64,000 nucleotides of DNA from Pseudogymnoascus verrucosus (Eukaryota). Position numbers and translations under genes: made by a program. The stretch lies in NCBI GenBank assembly GCA_001662655.1, contig KV460209.1, one strand, 5' to 3'. Of the stretch, positions 21,701-30,691 are shown piece by piece (position 1 is the stretch's first letter; the number at the start of each line of letters is the position of its first letter). The notes under the pieces were generated by a model. It had not been told where the DNA came from, searched no databases, and worked only from the letters and a program-made list of their open reading frames with translations.

Positions 21701-24700
21701 GCAGTGATGCCGCCGCTGCTGCTGCTGACGACGAGGCCGTTGGGAAGGAGTGGACGGATCTTGAAGTAGTGGTGAGAAGTGTGATAGCGGCGTTCACGAC
21801 GGTGCCAGAGGGGGAGATTGGGAGGGGGGCGAGCATTTATAGGTTGGGGCTTGATAGTATTAATGCGGTTCAGGTGGCGACGGTATTGAGGGGGAGGGGG
21901 TATAAGGTTGTCGCGGGAGAGGTGTTGATGTATCCCTCTGTTAGGGAGTTGGCGGCGTGGATTGGGGGGAAGAGCGCTTTGTCTGCTGGCGCTGTGACGG
22001 GTGGTGAGGTGGGGGAGGGGGGGGAGTATGATTTCAAATCCTTCGACGAGCGCCACCGAGCTGCTATCATTAAAGAACTTGAGAAGTTCGGGGTGCAGAG
22101 GGAGGTTGAGGGTGTATACCCCTGCACGCCTGTGCAGAACGGGATGTTAGCACAGACGCTGCATAGCTCGGGCGTGGAATATGTTAACTCTTACACCCTC
22201 CAGCTTTCCGCGGATGTCGAGTTAGAGAAGGTCAAGGAGGCGTGGAAGGTGGTGGCGGAGGCTTGTCCGATGCTTAGGGCGGGGTTTGTGGGGACGGATA
22301 AGGGGTTTGCTGTTATTGTTTATGGAGCTTCTGGCACAACAGTTCCTTGGGTCGATGAAACTGGTGGGGAGGGGGGGAATGATAAGGGGATGACGGTGGA
22401 AGAGCTGGCGAGGAGGCCGTGGTGGTTGGAGGTTCTCAGGAGGGAGGGCGGGGAGGTGTGTGTCAAGTTCACGGCGCATCATGCGCTTTATGATGCACAG
22501 TCTCTTCATCAGATTTTTGAGGATGTACAGGCTGTGTATTCTCACGGGTTTACACCAAGCTACCCCTCTTTCCTCCCCCTCCTCGGCGCGATCCTCAACT
22601 CCAACTCCCCCGCCGACGAGGAAAGGCGGAAATCCTTCTGGATCTCGCAGAATCTCGCCGTCCACCGCTTTCCGGACTTGACGCCCCTGAAGGTGGAGAG
22701 TACGCGGAGTGTTGTGAGTAAGACGATATCGCGGATGGGGTTGAAAGAGATTGAGGAGAGGTGTAGGGAGATGGGTGTTAGTGTCCAAGCCGTCGGACAG
22801 GCGGTTTGGGCGAGGCTTTTGGGAGCGTATGTGGGAGAGGGGAGGGTGGCTTTTGGGGTCGTGCTTAGTGGGAGGGGAGTCGCTGGTGGTGATGGGGAGG
22901 GGGGGGAGGTGCCTTTTCCGACTATTGTTACGGTGCCAGTTTGTTATGAAGTGGAGGGGGATGGTGGGAAGGACGGCAATGGGAAACTGTTGGAGAATGT
23001 GATGAAGGGCATTGCGAGGGTGGCGGAGTGGCAGTTCACCCCACTGACGGATGTGCAGAGGTGGACGGGGAATACGGGGGGGTTGTTTGATACGCTTTTT
23101 GCTTATCAGAAATCCTCCAGTGATGTCCAGGAGGGGGCAAAGGTAAGTGGCGAGGGAGATGAGGTGTGGAAAATCGTGGAAGAGGACGCAGAAGCCGATT
23201 TCGCCGTCTCGATTGAGATGTTACCCGAGGGTGGGGAGATGATACTCCAGCTTACGGTTAAGGAGAGCGTGGTGCCGAGGGAACAGGCGGAGTTGATGGT
23301 GAGGCAGTTTGATGCGCTGATGGTGGATTTGTTGAACCCCGGGGCCGATGGGCTTGATGAGAAGATCCTGTCTATCACACCCCCAGAGCACTCGACGCTA
23401 TCGGATTCTGACGAGGGGGATATGCTACTCCATGGTTTCGTGGAGAGGCAGGCTCGCTTGACGCCGAACAAGGTGGCCTTGGAGTTCACCACCAGTCTTG
23501 AGGGTGGAGAGGGCAACACGGCGGCTTGGACGTACGATCAGCTCGATAAGGAGGCTAATCGCATCGCGAACCTCGTGCGGAACCTCGGTGCTGTGCAGGG
23601 GCAGTTAATTGCGATTTGCTTTGACAAGTGCCCCGAGGCGTCGTTTTCCACCGTGGGTGTTATGAAGGCGGGGAGTGCGTATGTAGCGCTTGACCCCGGC
23701 GCACCAGCTGATCGGGTGAAGTTCATTATGCAAGATTCCGGGGCGACGGTGGTGTTGACCGCCGGGAAGCCTGCGGAGAGTTTGAAAGCGACATTTGAGG
23801 GCAGCGAGATCCAGGTTGTTGATCTAGGCACCACGGACCTGCTGGGGGGGTGTAGTACGGAACCCCCGATTCTGGCTCGCCCGATTGATAGCCAGGATTC
23901 GTCGTACTGCCTCTACACGTCCGGCACGACCGGGACGCCGAAGGGGTGCGAACTCACGCATGAAAACGCCGTGCAAGCCATGTACGCGTTCCAGCACCTC
24001 TTCCGCGGCCACTGGACCGAGGAGTCGAAATGGCTCCAGTTCGCGAGTTTCCACTTCGACGTCTCGGTACTTGAGCAATTCTGGAGCTGGAGCGTGGGCA
24101 TCTGTGTCGCGAGTGCGCCGCGGGATTTGATATTCGAGGATATCCCCGGAGCCATCCGCGCCTTGGGAATCACGCATTTAGATTTAACTCCTAGTCTGGC
24201 GAGGTTGCTGCACCCGGATGAGGTACCGAAATTGTGTAAGGGGGTCTTCATCACGGGGGGCGAGCAGTTGAGACAGGATATCCTCGATGTGTGGGGGGAG
24301 AAGGCGTGTATCTATAATGGGTATGGACCGACTGAGGCGACGATAGGGGTTACGATGTACCCTCGCGTGCCGAGGAATGGGAAGCCTGCGAATATCGGAC
24401 CGCAGTTCCTGAATGTCGGGTCTTTCGTCCTGAAACCGGGGACGAGCGAGCCGGTGCTAAGAGGCGCGGTGGGGGAGCTCTGCGTGAGTGGGAAGTTGGT
24501 GGGGAAGGGGTATTTGAACCGTCCTGAGCTTACCGCTGAGCGCTTCCCCTATCTTGAGGCTCTGGGAGAGAGGGTGTACAGAACGGGCGATCTGGTGAGG
24601 ATTTGTCATGATGGGAGTTTCCTCTTCCTCGGCCGGGCGGACGATCAGGTGAAGTTACGCGGGCAGAGGCTGGAGCTGACAGAGATCACGGAGGTGATTA

Positions 24701-27700
24701 AGCGCGGGGTGGAGGGGGTGGGGGAGGTGGTTACGTTGGTGTTGAAGCATAGTGCGCAGCTTAAGGAGCAGCTTGTTGCGTTTTTCGTCCCCGCTGCTTC
24801 TGCTGGGGTTGAGGAGCCGATGGAACTCATTGGAGCGATGCGCGATACTTGCACGAGTCGCTTGCCGGGGTATATGGTTCCTACGCATTTCGTCCCGTTG
24901 GAGGCGCTGCCGCTGTCGCCGAATAATAAGGCGGATGGGAAGGCGTTAGCGAGGTTGTATGATGAGCTTTCTATGGAGGAGTTGCAGCGTCTTGGTGCTG
25001 CGGGACAGGAGGGTAGGCAGTGGAGTGGGGTGGAGAAGGAGGTGCTGGGTGTGCTGGCGGAGTGTATGGGGGTGGAGGTTGGAGAGTTGAAGAGTGGAAC
25101 GAATATCTTTGAGTTGGGCTTTGATTCGATCTCTGTCATTGGCCTTGCGCAGCGCTTGCAGCGCGCTGGATATACGGGGGCGAAGGCGGCGGTTGTGATG
25201 AGGAATTCGGGGGTGGAGGCGCTGGTGGGGGTGTTGGTTGTGGATGGCGCCGGGGAGCAGGGCGCAGGGGGTGGAGAGGTCGTGGCGGCACAGCAGAGGA
25301 TTACGGCGTTTGCGCAGAGGAATTTACTCGGTGCGGCGGAGGAGATGGGTGTTGATCCTGATGAAGTGGAGGGTCTGGCGCCGTGCACTGCGGCGCAGGC
25401 GGGGATGATCTACAGGTTCCTTGATAGTGAGGGGCCGCTGTATTTCATGAGCTTTGCGTTTGAGCTCTGGGAGGGGGTGGATGTGGAGAAGTTGCGCGAG
25501 GCGTGGTGGAGAGTTGTGAGGGGGTTGGAGGTGTTGAGGATGGGGTTTGTGTTTACGCCTGATGGGTGCGCGCAGGTTGTTCTTAAGGAGGGCGAGGTTC
25601 CTTGGGGTGTTGATAGGGGGTTTGTGGGGATGGAGAAGGGAGAGGCGCTGGTGAGGCCGTGGGGGGTTGGGGTGAGTGAGCAGGAGGGGAAGAGGGTGAT
25701 GAAGTTGGAGATCTTTCATGGGCTTTATGATGGGGCTAGTCTCCCGCTTTTGCTGAGGAAGGTGGAGGAGGAGTATAAGGGCGTGGAGGGGATCGATTAC
25801 GGACCTTCTTTCATGAGTTTATTGCCGCATGGACCTCTCGCTGCTGTTGAGGGCGCAGAGGCATTCTGGAAGGGGGCGTTGGAGACGGCGGAGTTTAACC
25901 CGTTGCCGCTTCTTGAGAATGCGCAGGGGGGCGATGTGAGTGTCTCACGCCGCGTGCAAGACCTGGGACACTTGGAGGCGCTGAGGCAGTCGCTCGGTGT
26001 TACGTATCAGGCTATCCTGCAGGCAGCGTGGATCTCAGCGTTCCGTGCTCAATTCCCTGCTTCCGCCGCGCCGTCGTTCGGGAATGTCATTTCCGGGCGC
26101 GCTATCGATTTCAGCGGTGCGGAGAACGTGGTTGGACCACTTCTTAACACCCTCGTCTTCCATGTCGACATCAAGGAGGGGATGACCTGGAAAGAACTCA
26201 TCCAGGCGTGTCACTCCTTCAACGTCGGCGCCATGCTGTTCCAGCACTCGCCATTGAAGGATGTGCAGAGGTGGTGTGGTGAGAGCGGACGGGAGTTGTT
26301 TGACACCCTCTTTGTGTTCCAACGCGAGGAGGAGGGGGGTGAGGAGGGGTTGTGGAGAGAGTTGGAGGGGGAGGCGGTGGCGGATTATCCGATGGCGTTT
26401 GAGGCTACGTTGATGGGTGGGGGGGATGTGAGGATTGCGCTTGTTGGGCAGGGCAAGTATGTCAACGAGGAGGTTGCAGGGGGGCTGTTGGAGAGGGTTG
26501 AGAGTGAGCTTGCTGCTTTGAAGGAGCCGGAGGGGGAGATTCCTGGTGTTGAGGGGTCGGTGAGAGGGGGTCGATTGGTGAAGAGCGGCAACGAAACCCA
26601 GGCGCCGGATACGACATCAGACAAGGACTTTGAGTGGACACCCACGGCGAGTGTGATTCGTGCGCAGATCTCGGAACTTAGTAAGGTCGAGGAGGACAGC
26701 ATCGCGGTGAATACGACGCTCTTCTCGCTGGGGCTGGATAGTATCGATGTCATCAAGCTCGCCTCACGACTTAAGAAGGCTGGCGTCAAGATCTCGGTCA
26801 GTGCGATTGTGAAGAGTCAGACCGTTGCGAAGATGATGGGGAGTATACAGCTCGAGCAGGGGCCGGTGGAGGTGAAGACGAGCATTGATGAACTTGAGCG
26901 CCAGTTGAGCGAGTCGTTGACTAGGGAGGAGGTGGAAGGGGCAACGGCGGTGCTGCCGGCGACGCCGTTGCAGGAGGGGATGGTGGCTGAGATGGTCGCG
27001 TCGGGGTATAGGAAGTACTTCAACCATGAGCTGTATCGCGTTAAGGGGGGTGTCGATATGGATGGGTTGAAAAAGGCATGGGAGATGGTGGTGGCGGAGT
27101 TTGATATCCTGCGCACTTCGTTTGTGGGGGTGGAGGATGTGGAGATTGATGTTGGCTTTGCGCAGGTTGTGCGTCCTGCTTCTGATCGTAGTATCTGGCG
27201 CACCGCTGGGTTCGAGGAGGATGCGGATCTGGGAGTGCGGACGAAACAGCTTATTGAGGAGGCGGTTGAGCGGGCAAAGACGGGAAGTCTGCTGCAGCTC
27301 GTGGATATCACACATGGAGAGGAGAGATACTACCTCCTCTCCATCTCGCACGCGCTGTACGACGGATGGTCTCTCCAGGCCCTCCACGCCAATGTGCAGA
27401 AAGCTTACAACGGGAAAACACTCACCAATCCGAGCGTGCGAATCCCGCTCGAGCAGCTGCTAAATGCGAATGGACCCGAAGCCACGAAATACTGGCGCAC
27501 TGCGCTGAGCGGTCTGCCTAAGTCGGAGTTCCCGCTGCACAACTCGACATCAGAAGGCGTTAACCGGTTTGAATTCGCGTCTTCGATTCCGTTGGATGAT
27601 GTCAATGCCTTCTGCCGGAAGAGCAACATCAGTCTCCAGACGCTGGGACAGACGGCATGGGCTATCCTTCTTGCCAGCTGCCTCAAGCGCCTCGATGTGG

Positions 27701-29940
27701 CCTTTGGAGTCGTACGGTCGTGCAGAGACACCGAGGAGACAAGTGAACTCATGTTCCCGTTGATGAACACTGTCGTTGTCCGCGCGGTCATCCACGGCGA
27801 TTGCAAGGGGATGCTTCAGTATATGCAAGAAAGCAGCAACGCCATGCGCGCTTACCAGCATTTCCCGTTGAGAAAGGCGCAGGCCCTTGCTGGGAGACAG
27901 GGAGGTGCGCTGTTTGATACTCTGTTTATCTATCAAGGTAAAGCGCAGGAGGCTACTGGCGAGGTGCTAGCGGAGGCGGTGGAGAGTCAGGCAGAGGTGG
28001 AGTTTAAGGTCTGTGTGGAGATGGAGGTTGTTGCCGGGGAACTGGTGTGGAGGATTGCGTGTAGGGATGCGGCGAGGACGGAGGGGGAGACGGAAGAGTT
28101 GTTGAGGGATCTTGATGCGCTGATGGGGAGGATCGTGGGGGATGTGGAGGCGGAGGTCATTGTTGCTGCTCAGGGGCAGGTGGCGCTGTGTGGGCTAGAG
28201 CCGTTTGTGGATGAGTCGTCTATGGTGGGGGTGAAAGGTGTTGCGAAGGCGCCGAAGAGTGGAGGGGGTGTGTGGAGTCCGACGGAGCTTGCGATTCGGG
28301 GTGTGTTGTCGCAGGTCTCGAAGACCCCGGAGGGGGAGATTGGGAGGGGGGATAGTATCTTCCATCTTGGGCTTGACTCGATTAGTGCCATCAAGGTGTC
28401 GTCGCTGTTGAGGAGGCGGGATGTCAGGATTACTGTTGGGGAGATTATGAAGAATAGCAGTATTCAGGAGATGGGTGCGTTGTTGGCGGGGAGGGTTGAT
28501 ACCGAGGCCAAGACGCAGACGAAGGATGTTGAGGCTGTTATCACTGCGTCGCTGAAGCATATTGACAAGACGGCGCTGTTGGGGGAAGTTGGGGTTGAAG
28601 AGGGTGATATTGAGGATATCATGCCTGTATCAGCCGGACAACTATACATGCTCGCGCGCTGGGAGCAGACGGGAGGCGCGCAGTTTGAGGCGAACTTCCA
28701 GTATAAACTCGACGGTGCGGTTGATGCAGGGAGGTTGGAGAAGGCATGGGAGGCTCTTATGAAGCGTCATGCGATTCTACGGACTGTGTTTGCTTTCGTG
28801 GAAGATGAGGAAGTGAGGGCTGTCCAGGTTGTTCTGAAGGAAAGGAGCAATCCGGTCAAGTATGCCTCGTCTTCTAAGACGGCAGTATCGCTCTTGGATC
28901 CTGTGTTTCTCGTTGTTGAAGAAGTGGGAGGGGAAAAGACGATCAGTCTCCGCCTCCTTCACGCGCTCTACGATGGCGTAAGTCTTCAGCTGCTCATCCG
29001 CGACCTGGAGACGCTGTACTTGCACCCCGACTCCGCGCTTCCGCCTCCACTAAGCTTCAAGGAGTTCATCGCCCGTGACCTCGACGATGAGTCTCGTAAG
29101 AAGCAGAAGACGTTCTGGGAATCCTATCTCCCGCGCATTGAACTCGCAAGCATGCCAGAGAGCCCAGATCTTACACGCAGGGTGGAGATCTTCAAACCTA
29201 GTGTTCCTATTGGGGATATCACGTCTGCGGCGAGGAAAGCGGGGGTTACTGTCGATGCCTTGCTTTTAGCTGCGTTTTCTAAAGCCTATGAGGTTACGAA
29301 ACAATCTAGTAGCGAAGAGACGGTCATCGGGCTGTATCTTGCCAATCGGTCTGCTACGACTGATTTATCAGAGTTGGTGGCACCGACGCTTAATCTGGTG
29401 CCTTTGCGGATCCAATGTTCGAGCGATGGGCTTGAGGATGTTGCTTCAGGGGTGCAGAGAGACCTCCTGAAGTTGAGCGAGGTGGCGAATGTAGGCGCGA
29501 GTTTGGCGGATGTGTATAGCTGGACGGGAAGGAGTGTGGAGGTGTTTGTTAATGTGCTTAAGACCACCACCCCGTCCTCCTCCGATGACGAGGGTGGGGA
29601 CGAGAAAACAAGCAACCTCTTCGCCGAGAGTCTAAGTGAAGTGGATATGCTCCGACCCAGGGCTGAAGTCATCGACGTCGTCCCTAACACGGCCCTACTC
29701 ACTGCGTTTGAGAAGAGAGAAGAGTTGAGAGGAGCGTATTCGGTGAGTCCTCACTCTTTATATACACCTGTTTCGATGGGAGTGCTAACTAGTTATCAGG
29801 CGTCGGTGGATATTGAGCTTCGTCTTGTGGATGGCGGGAGAGGGATAGATGTTGGGCTTTTTGCGCCGGGGGGGCTGCTTGGGTTGGAAGACGGGGAGAG
29901 GCTTGTTGACGTTTTGGGGGAGGTTTTGAGGGGGTTGTAG
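15745..29940 (+). CDS. NPS2: Ferrichrome-family siderophore NRPS (NPS2/SidC class), A-T-C-dA-T-C-T-C-A-T-C-T-C-T-C; probable intron 29743-29799
   Basis: Two intact A domains (YTSGSTGLPKG and YTSGTTGTPKG, each with YGPTE and YRTGD). Six G[LIF]DS thiolation motifs (~17482, 20002, 21847, 25117, 26731, 28369). Six xH[AG]LYD condensation motifs. Terminal T-C-T-C tail. Adjacent to sidA. Confidence 0.95.
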   Translation: MPALSILNPDPPLLPGPGLLHDLVSWDDAGDAPALDFLGPEGSDERYSYTYSELQRCVASLAATLHETLRSSSSSRQQGDPDTAASRPQLIIPLLIPQSPALYIAQLAALQVGAAFCPINLDAPRERIKFIAGDVKAEVIISTRDNGVAVTWEGGPIPILIDEHFPTPPELVDLPPFPETTTTASLAYVMYTSGSTGLPKGVGVSHRAATQSLLAHEVLIPTFSRFLQFAAPSFDVSVFEIFFPLFRRATLIACHRERLLNDLPGTINLMEVDGCELTPTVVGSLLLRRSNVPGLKLLLTIGEMLTRPVVDEFGEAEGRVGMLYGMYGPTEAAIHCTAYTNMAAGSKVGNIGRPFSTVSCFIAAIPDPAVPSSAETLDILPLGEVGELVLGGTQLADGYLNREKENKAAFVTYNNSPAYRTGDKGRILDDGTIEVMGRISAGQVKLRGQRVELGEIEEVVYKHPGIELAFASVLEGMLIIFARAGKGEDVVVEDVVETCEQWLPRYMVPSEIVIMAEFPYLPSGKIDKKKLEAEYLRTRADEDGADEGGVVRETEKIVGRALMTLLKVRVNPTKRLATYGLDSLTAIRLASHLRSARLRISAVEILEAETAREIARVCEERLSQPDATSQAPEVFDFSVLEGPVTEVLAEMGVTEAFDEVLPCTPLQDAMLLETAVDPVAYCNYIELRINDVDTHRVADALRELARHNPLLRTGFVECESEWSAFSQVVWPALAADQIVITDESGDERMDDDRGGLEMLRPIRMRVCPVERGVVVRADIHHALYDGWSLELVIRDLETILSSSLPSTFTSASSPDNNDNDTKPISTILTPRPPFRAIVEHTLRLATRSMEKERQYWKDHLAHFSPGSLPSFHSNVGVARGLDIVGHMTAISTSALEKSAALAGVNSQAMAQTAYALVLSAYLGSKDICFGSVFSGRSADVEGIEEIAGPCIATLPVRINIGNGTVGGVMAEMQRVGRRHMENEGLGLREIQGLVEAEGGVFDTLVIWQQSLADDSDDVVVGGKGKRVQLVKARDYLEFALTLEITPAAGEGKVRFDANYQTAIFGREMIEVLLRQVEGVLGAFMRDGMEAGVEGIFGGVEGEGVMAVFERGVGGELSLLAAANGEDGGGVTAVGGKSKVRGNRRANAIARLVTGRDDVEVTLQQSIGGKVRGYLGRVGRGIKVLVIAPQLEDDVVLLPLGAEGELCISGASLGEGDIEIDGTEWVDCGPVHGMLLRTEDLVRLLPGGEVIYRGRKGEEALVRGQRVDVGMVEGVVLSHPAVGGGECTTVLVGEGRLVSFFTPVDADSGEGDFKILDAQRDVLEGIYADLDAAVPSYAVPVSIVPVSSLPVTVEGDIDTEKLKAAYATLTPNQLAQFANPSASTAEYTWTPLESIILSAVSSVAKSPEAVIKPNTPFAALGIDSIAAIGLVRELKEVGVKTDVGGVLRFGTVRRLGGWVEGERAKAEEAKVIEDKELGVGGLPTPEEIIFEPTLVDEVRNAVARRGWTVERVLPCTPLQEAMLAASELASVSEPSTAEHSSAVVGDPSTGDKEEGAYVNRVLLSLSVSIEQVEEAWREMVKRHEILRTCFVRAGHARYAFCQVVLGGYEHESRVVEVADAAGVEGVMTRGVSWQVEGKGEGGGEVRPPYELTYTRVAGGDGGVKLVLAMHHALYDGFAMGVLYDEMETYLRGGELREAVGFAPFLRYMSGVDAGKADGHWKGLLGNFNPVAFTPPSEEVGERGVKTESVEEVQRQNHVLTIPLSMSLTDIEERLAHNDASLLSVCQTAWAALLARRTSSTDICLGSVVSGRTVPVEGLNRLVAPCFNTIPFRLRNLHRLSYLEAFRALQEQNVEAVPWQMTGLRRVQALAGVEGGEGLFDTLILVQTPEREMDDKVWRVEEDRGGMDFPVVVEIVPRPGKGSGGVLEVTLHVHDLPLGREEVRAVLEKFDRFLRIALLEPREQIVPGGLKSKWAAKMAERRDARSHRSDAAAAAADDEAVGKEWTDLEVVVRSVIAAFTTVPEGEIGRGASIYRLGLDSINAVQVATVLRGRGYKVVAGEVLMYPSVRELAAWIGGKSALSAGAVTGGEVGEGGEYDFKSFDERHRAAIIKELEKFGVQREVEGVYPCTPVQNGMLAQTLHSSGVEYVNSYTLQLSADVELEKVKEAWKVVAEACPMLRAGFVGTDKGFAVIVYGASGTTVPWVDETGGEGGNDKGMTVEELARRPWWLEVLRREGGEVCVKFTAHHALYDAQSLHQIFEDVQAVYSHGFTPSYPSFLPLLGAILNSNSPADEERRKSFWISQNLAVHRFPDLTPLKVESTRSVVSKTISRMGLKEIEERCREMGVSVQAVGQAVWARLLGAYVGEGRVAFGVVLSGRGVAGGDGEGGEVPFPTIVTVPVCYEVEGDGGKDGNGKLLENVMKGIARVAEWQFTPLTDVQRWTGNTGGLFDTLFAYQKSSSDVQEGAKVSGEGDEVWKIVEEDAEADFAVSIEMLPEGGEMILQLTVKESVVPREQAELMVRQFDALMVDLLNPGADGLDEKILSITPPEHSTLSDSDEGDMLLHGFVERQARLTPNKVALEFTTSLEGGEGNTAAWTYDQLDKEANRIANLVRNLGAVQGQLIAICFDKCPEASFSTVGVMKAGSAYVALDPGAPADRVKFIMQDSGATVVLTAGKPAESLKATFEGSEIQVVDLGTTDLLGGCSTEPPILARPIDSQDSSYCLYTSGTTGTPKGCELTHENAVQAMYAFQHLFRGHWTEESKWLQFASFHFDVSVLEQFWSWSVGICVASAPRDLIFEDIPGAIRALGITHLDLTPSLARLLHPDEVPKLCKGVFITGGEQLRQDILDVWGEKACIYNGYGPTEATIGVTMYPRVPRNGKPANIGPQFLNVGSFVLKPGTSEPVLRGAVGELCVSGKLVGKGYLNRPELTAERFPYLEALGERVYRTGDLVRICHDGSFLFLGRADDQVKLRGQRLELTEITEVIKRGVEGVGEVVTLVLKHSAQLKEQLVAFFVPAASAGVEEPMELIGAMRDTCTSRLPGYMVPTHFVPLEALPLSPNNKADGKALARLYDELSMEELQRLGAAGQEGRQWSGVEKEVLGVLAECMGVEVGELKSGTNIFELGFDSISVIGLAQRLQRAGYTGAKAAVVMRNSGVEALVGVLVVDGAGEQGAGGGEVVAAQQRITAFAQRNLLGAAEEMGVDPDEVEGLAPCTAAQAGMIYRFLDSEGPLYFMSFAFELWEGVDVEKLREAWWRVVRGLEVLRMGFVFTPDGCAQVVLKEGEVPWGVDRGFVGMEKGEALVRPWGVGVSEQEGKRVMKLEIFHGLYDGASLPLLLRKVEEEYKGVEGIDYGPSFMSLLPHGPLAAVEGAEAFWKGALETAEFNPLPLLENAQGGDVSVSRRVQDLGHLEALRQSLGVTYQAILQAAWISAFRAQFPASAAPSFGNVISGRAIDFSGAENVVGPLLNTLVFHVDIKEGMTWKELIQACHSFNVGAMLFQHSPLKDVQRWCGESGRELFDTLFVFQREEEGGEEGLWRELEGEAVADYPMAFEATLMGGGDVRIALVGQGKYVNEEVAGGLLERVESELAALKEPEGEIPGVEGSVRGGRLVKSGNETQAPDTTSDKDFEWTPTASVIRAQISELSKVEEDSIAVNTTLFSLGLDSIDVIKLASRLKKAGVKISVSAIVKSQTVAKMMGSIQLEQGPVEVKTSIDELERQLSESLTREEVEGATAVLPATPLQEGMVAEMVASGYRKYFNHELYRVKGGVDMDGLKKAWEMVVAEFDILRTSFVGVEDVEIDVGFAQVVRPASDRSIWRTAGFEEDADLGVRTKQLIEEAVERAKTGSLLQLVDITHGEERYYLLSISHALYDGWSLQALHANVQKAYNGKTLTNPSVRIPLEQLLNANGPEATKYWRTALSGLPKSEFPLHNSTSEGVNRFEFASSIPLDDVNAFCRKSNISLQTLGQTAWAILLASCLKRLDVAFGVVRSCRDTEETSELMFPLMNTVVVRAVIHGDCKGMLQYMQESSNAMRAYQHFPLRKAQALAGRQGGALFDTLFIYQGKAQEATGEVLAEAVESQAEVEFKVCVEMEVVAGELVWRIACRDAARTEGETEELLRDLDALMGRIVGDVEAEVIVAAQGQVALCGLEPFVDESSMVGVKGVAKAPKSGGGVWSPTELAIRGVLSQVSKTPEGEIGRGDSIFHLGLDSISAIKVSSLLRRRDVRITVGEIMKNSSIQEMGALLAGRVDTEAKTQTKDVEAVITASLKHIDKTALLGEVGVEEGDIEDIMPVSAGQLYMLARWEQTGGAQFEANFQYKLDGAVDAGRLEKAWEALMKRHAILRTVFAFVEDEEVRAVQVVLKERSNPVKYASSSKTAVSLLDPVFLVVEEVGGEKTISLRLLHALYDGVSLQLLIRDLETLYLHPDSALPPPLSFKEFIARDLDDESRKKQKTFWESYLPRIELASMPESPDLTRRVEIFKPSVPIGDITSAARKAGVTVDALLLAAFSKAYEVTKQSSSEETVIGLYLANRSATTDLSELVAPTLNLVPLRIQCSSDGLEDVASGVQRDLLKLSEVANVGASLADVYSWTGRSVEVFVNVLKTTTPSSSDDEGGDEKTSNLFAESLSEVDMLRPRAEVIDVVPNTALLTAFEKREELRGAYSVSPHSLYTPVSMGVLTSYQASVDIELRLVDGGRGIDVGLFAPGGLLGLEDGERLVDVLGEVLRGL

Positions 29941-30691
29941 AGAGGATAGTGAGATGAGGGTCTTGGGGTGTCTGAATGACGGATAGAGAGAGTTGGGGAA
30001 CTCTGGGTTGGAGAGATAACGTCGGCTGGCTGATATGGTTTCTCTTGCCATTTATTGGTTATTTCTTGTTCATTTTTGGGGGAGTTATTAGACTCGCTGT
30101 TTATGCATGGTATTTCTGTACATGAGGGTTGATTTTGGAAACGTTATGTTACATATTTTGGTTTACGGTCTATAGATTAGAATTTCAAGCCTCACTGTTC
30201 ACACATGCCTCAACATTTGCTTAAGTGGAAGAAATCGTTGATGAAGCCTTTTGCTCCCATGTATGTTTATAAATGTGTTCGCTGTACAGTCCTATCTATC
30301 TGTACATATCTAAATTGTATGCAGGTCCTCCCTGGTTTTTACACAACGCCATCCAGACGCCCCTGCATCCTCCTCATCCCTATATACATACAATGATCTT
30401 ACAACACCCCCAATGCAGCGGCCTTCTCCAGCCTTTCTTCCCCTTTCTCCTTCTAAATCGCATGCTACCCCCCAAACGCCGCATGCTTTCAAAATGAACT
30501 TCCCAAAATTAAACGCCCTTTGTGTTTGTTTTCCACACGCAAAAATCCCCCCCTTGAATGAATGAAAATCGCCGAAATTATGATGATAAATAGGTATGTA
30601 TATATACAGAAACGCTCCAAAAGACGGGAGGCAGATCGGAAGAATGTGGTTGCTGAGGTCGATGGTGGTCATGTGAGGTGTGGCGACACAT

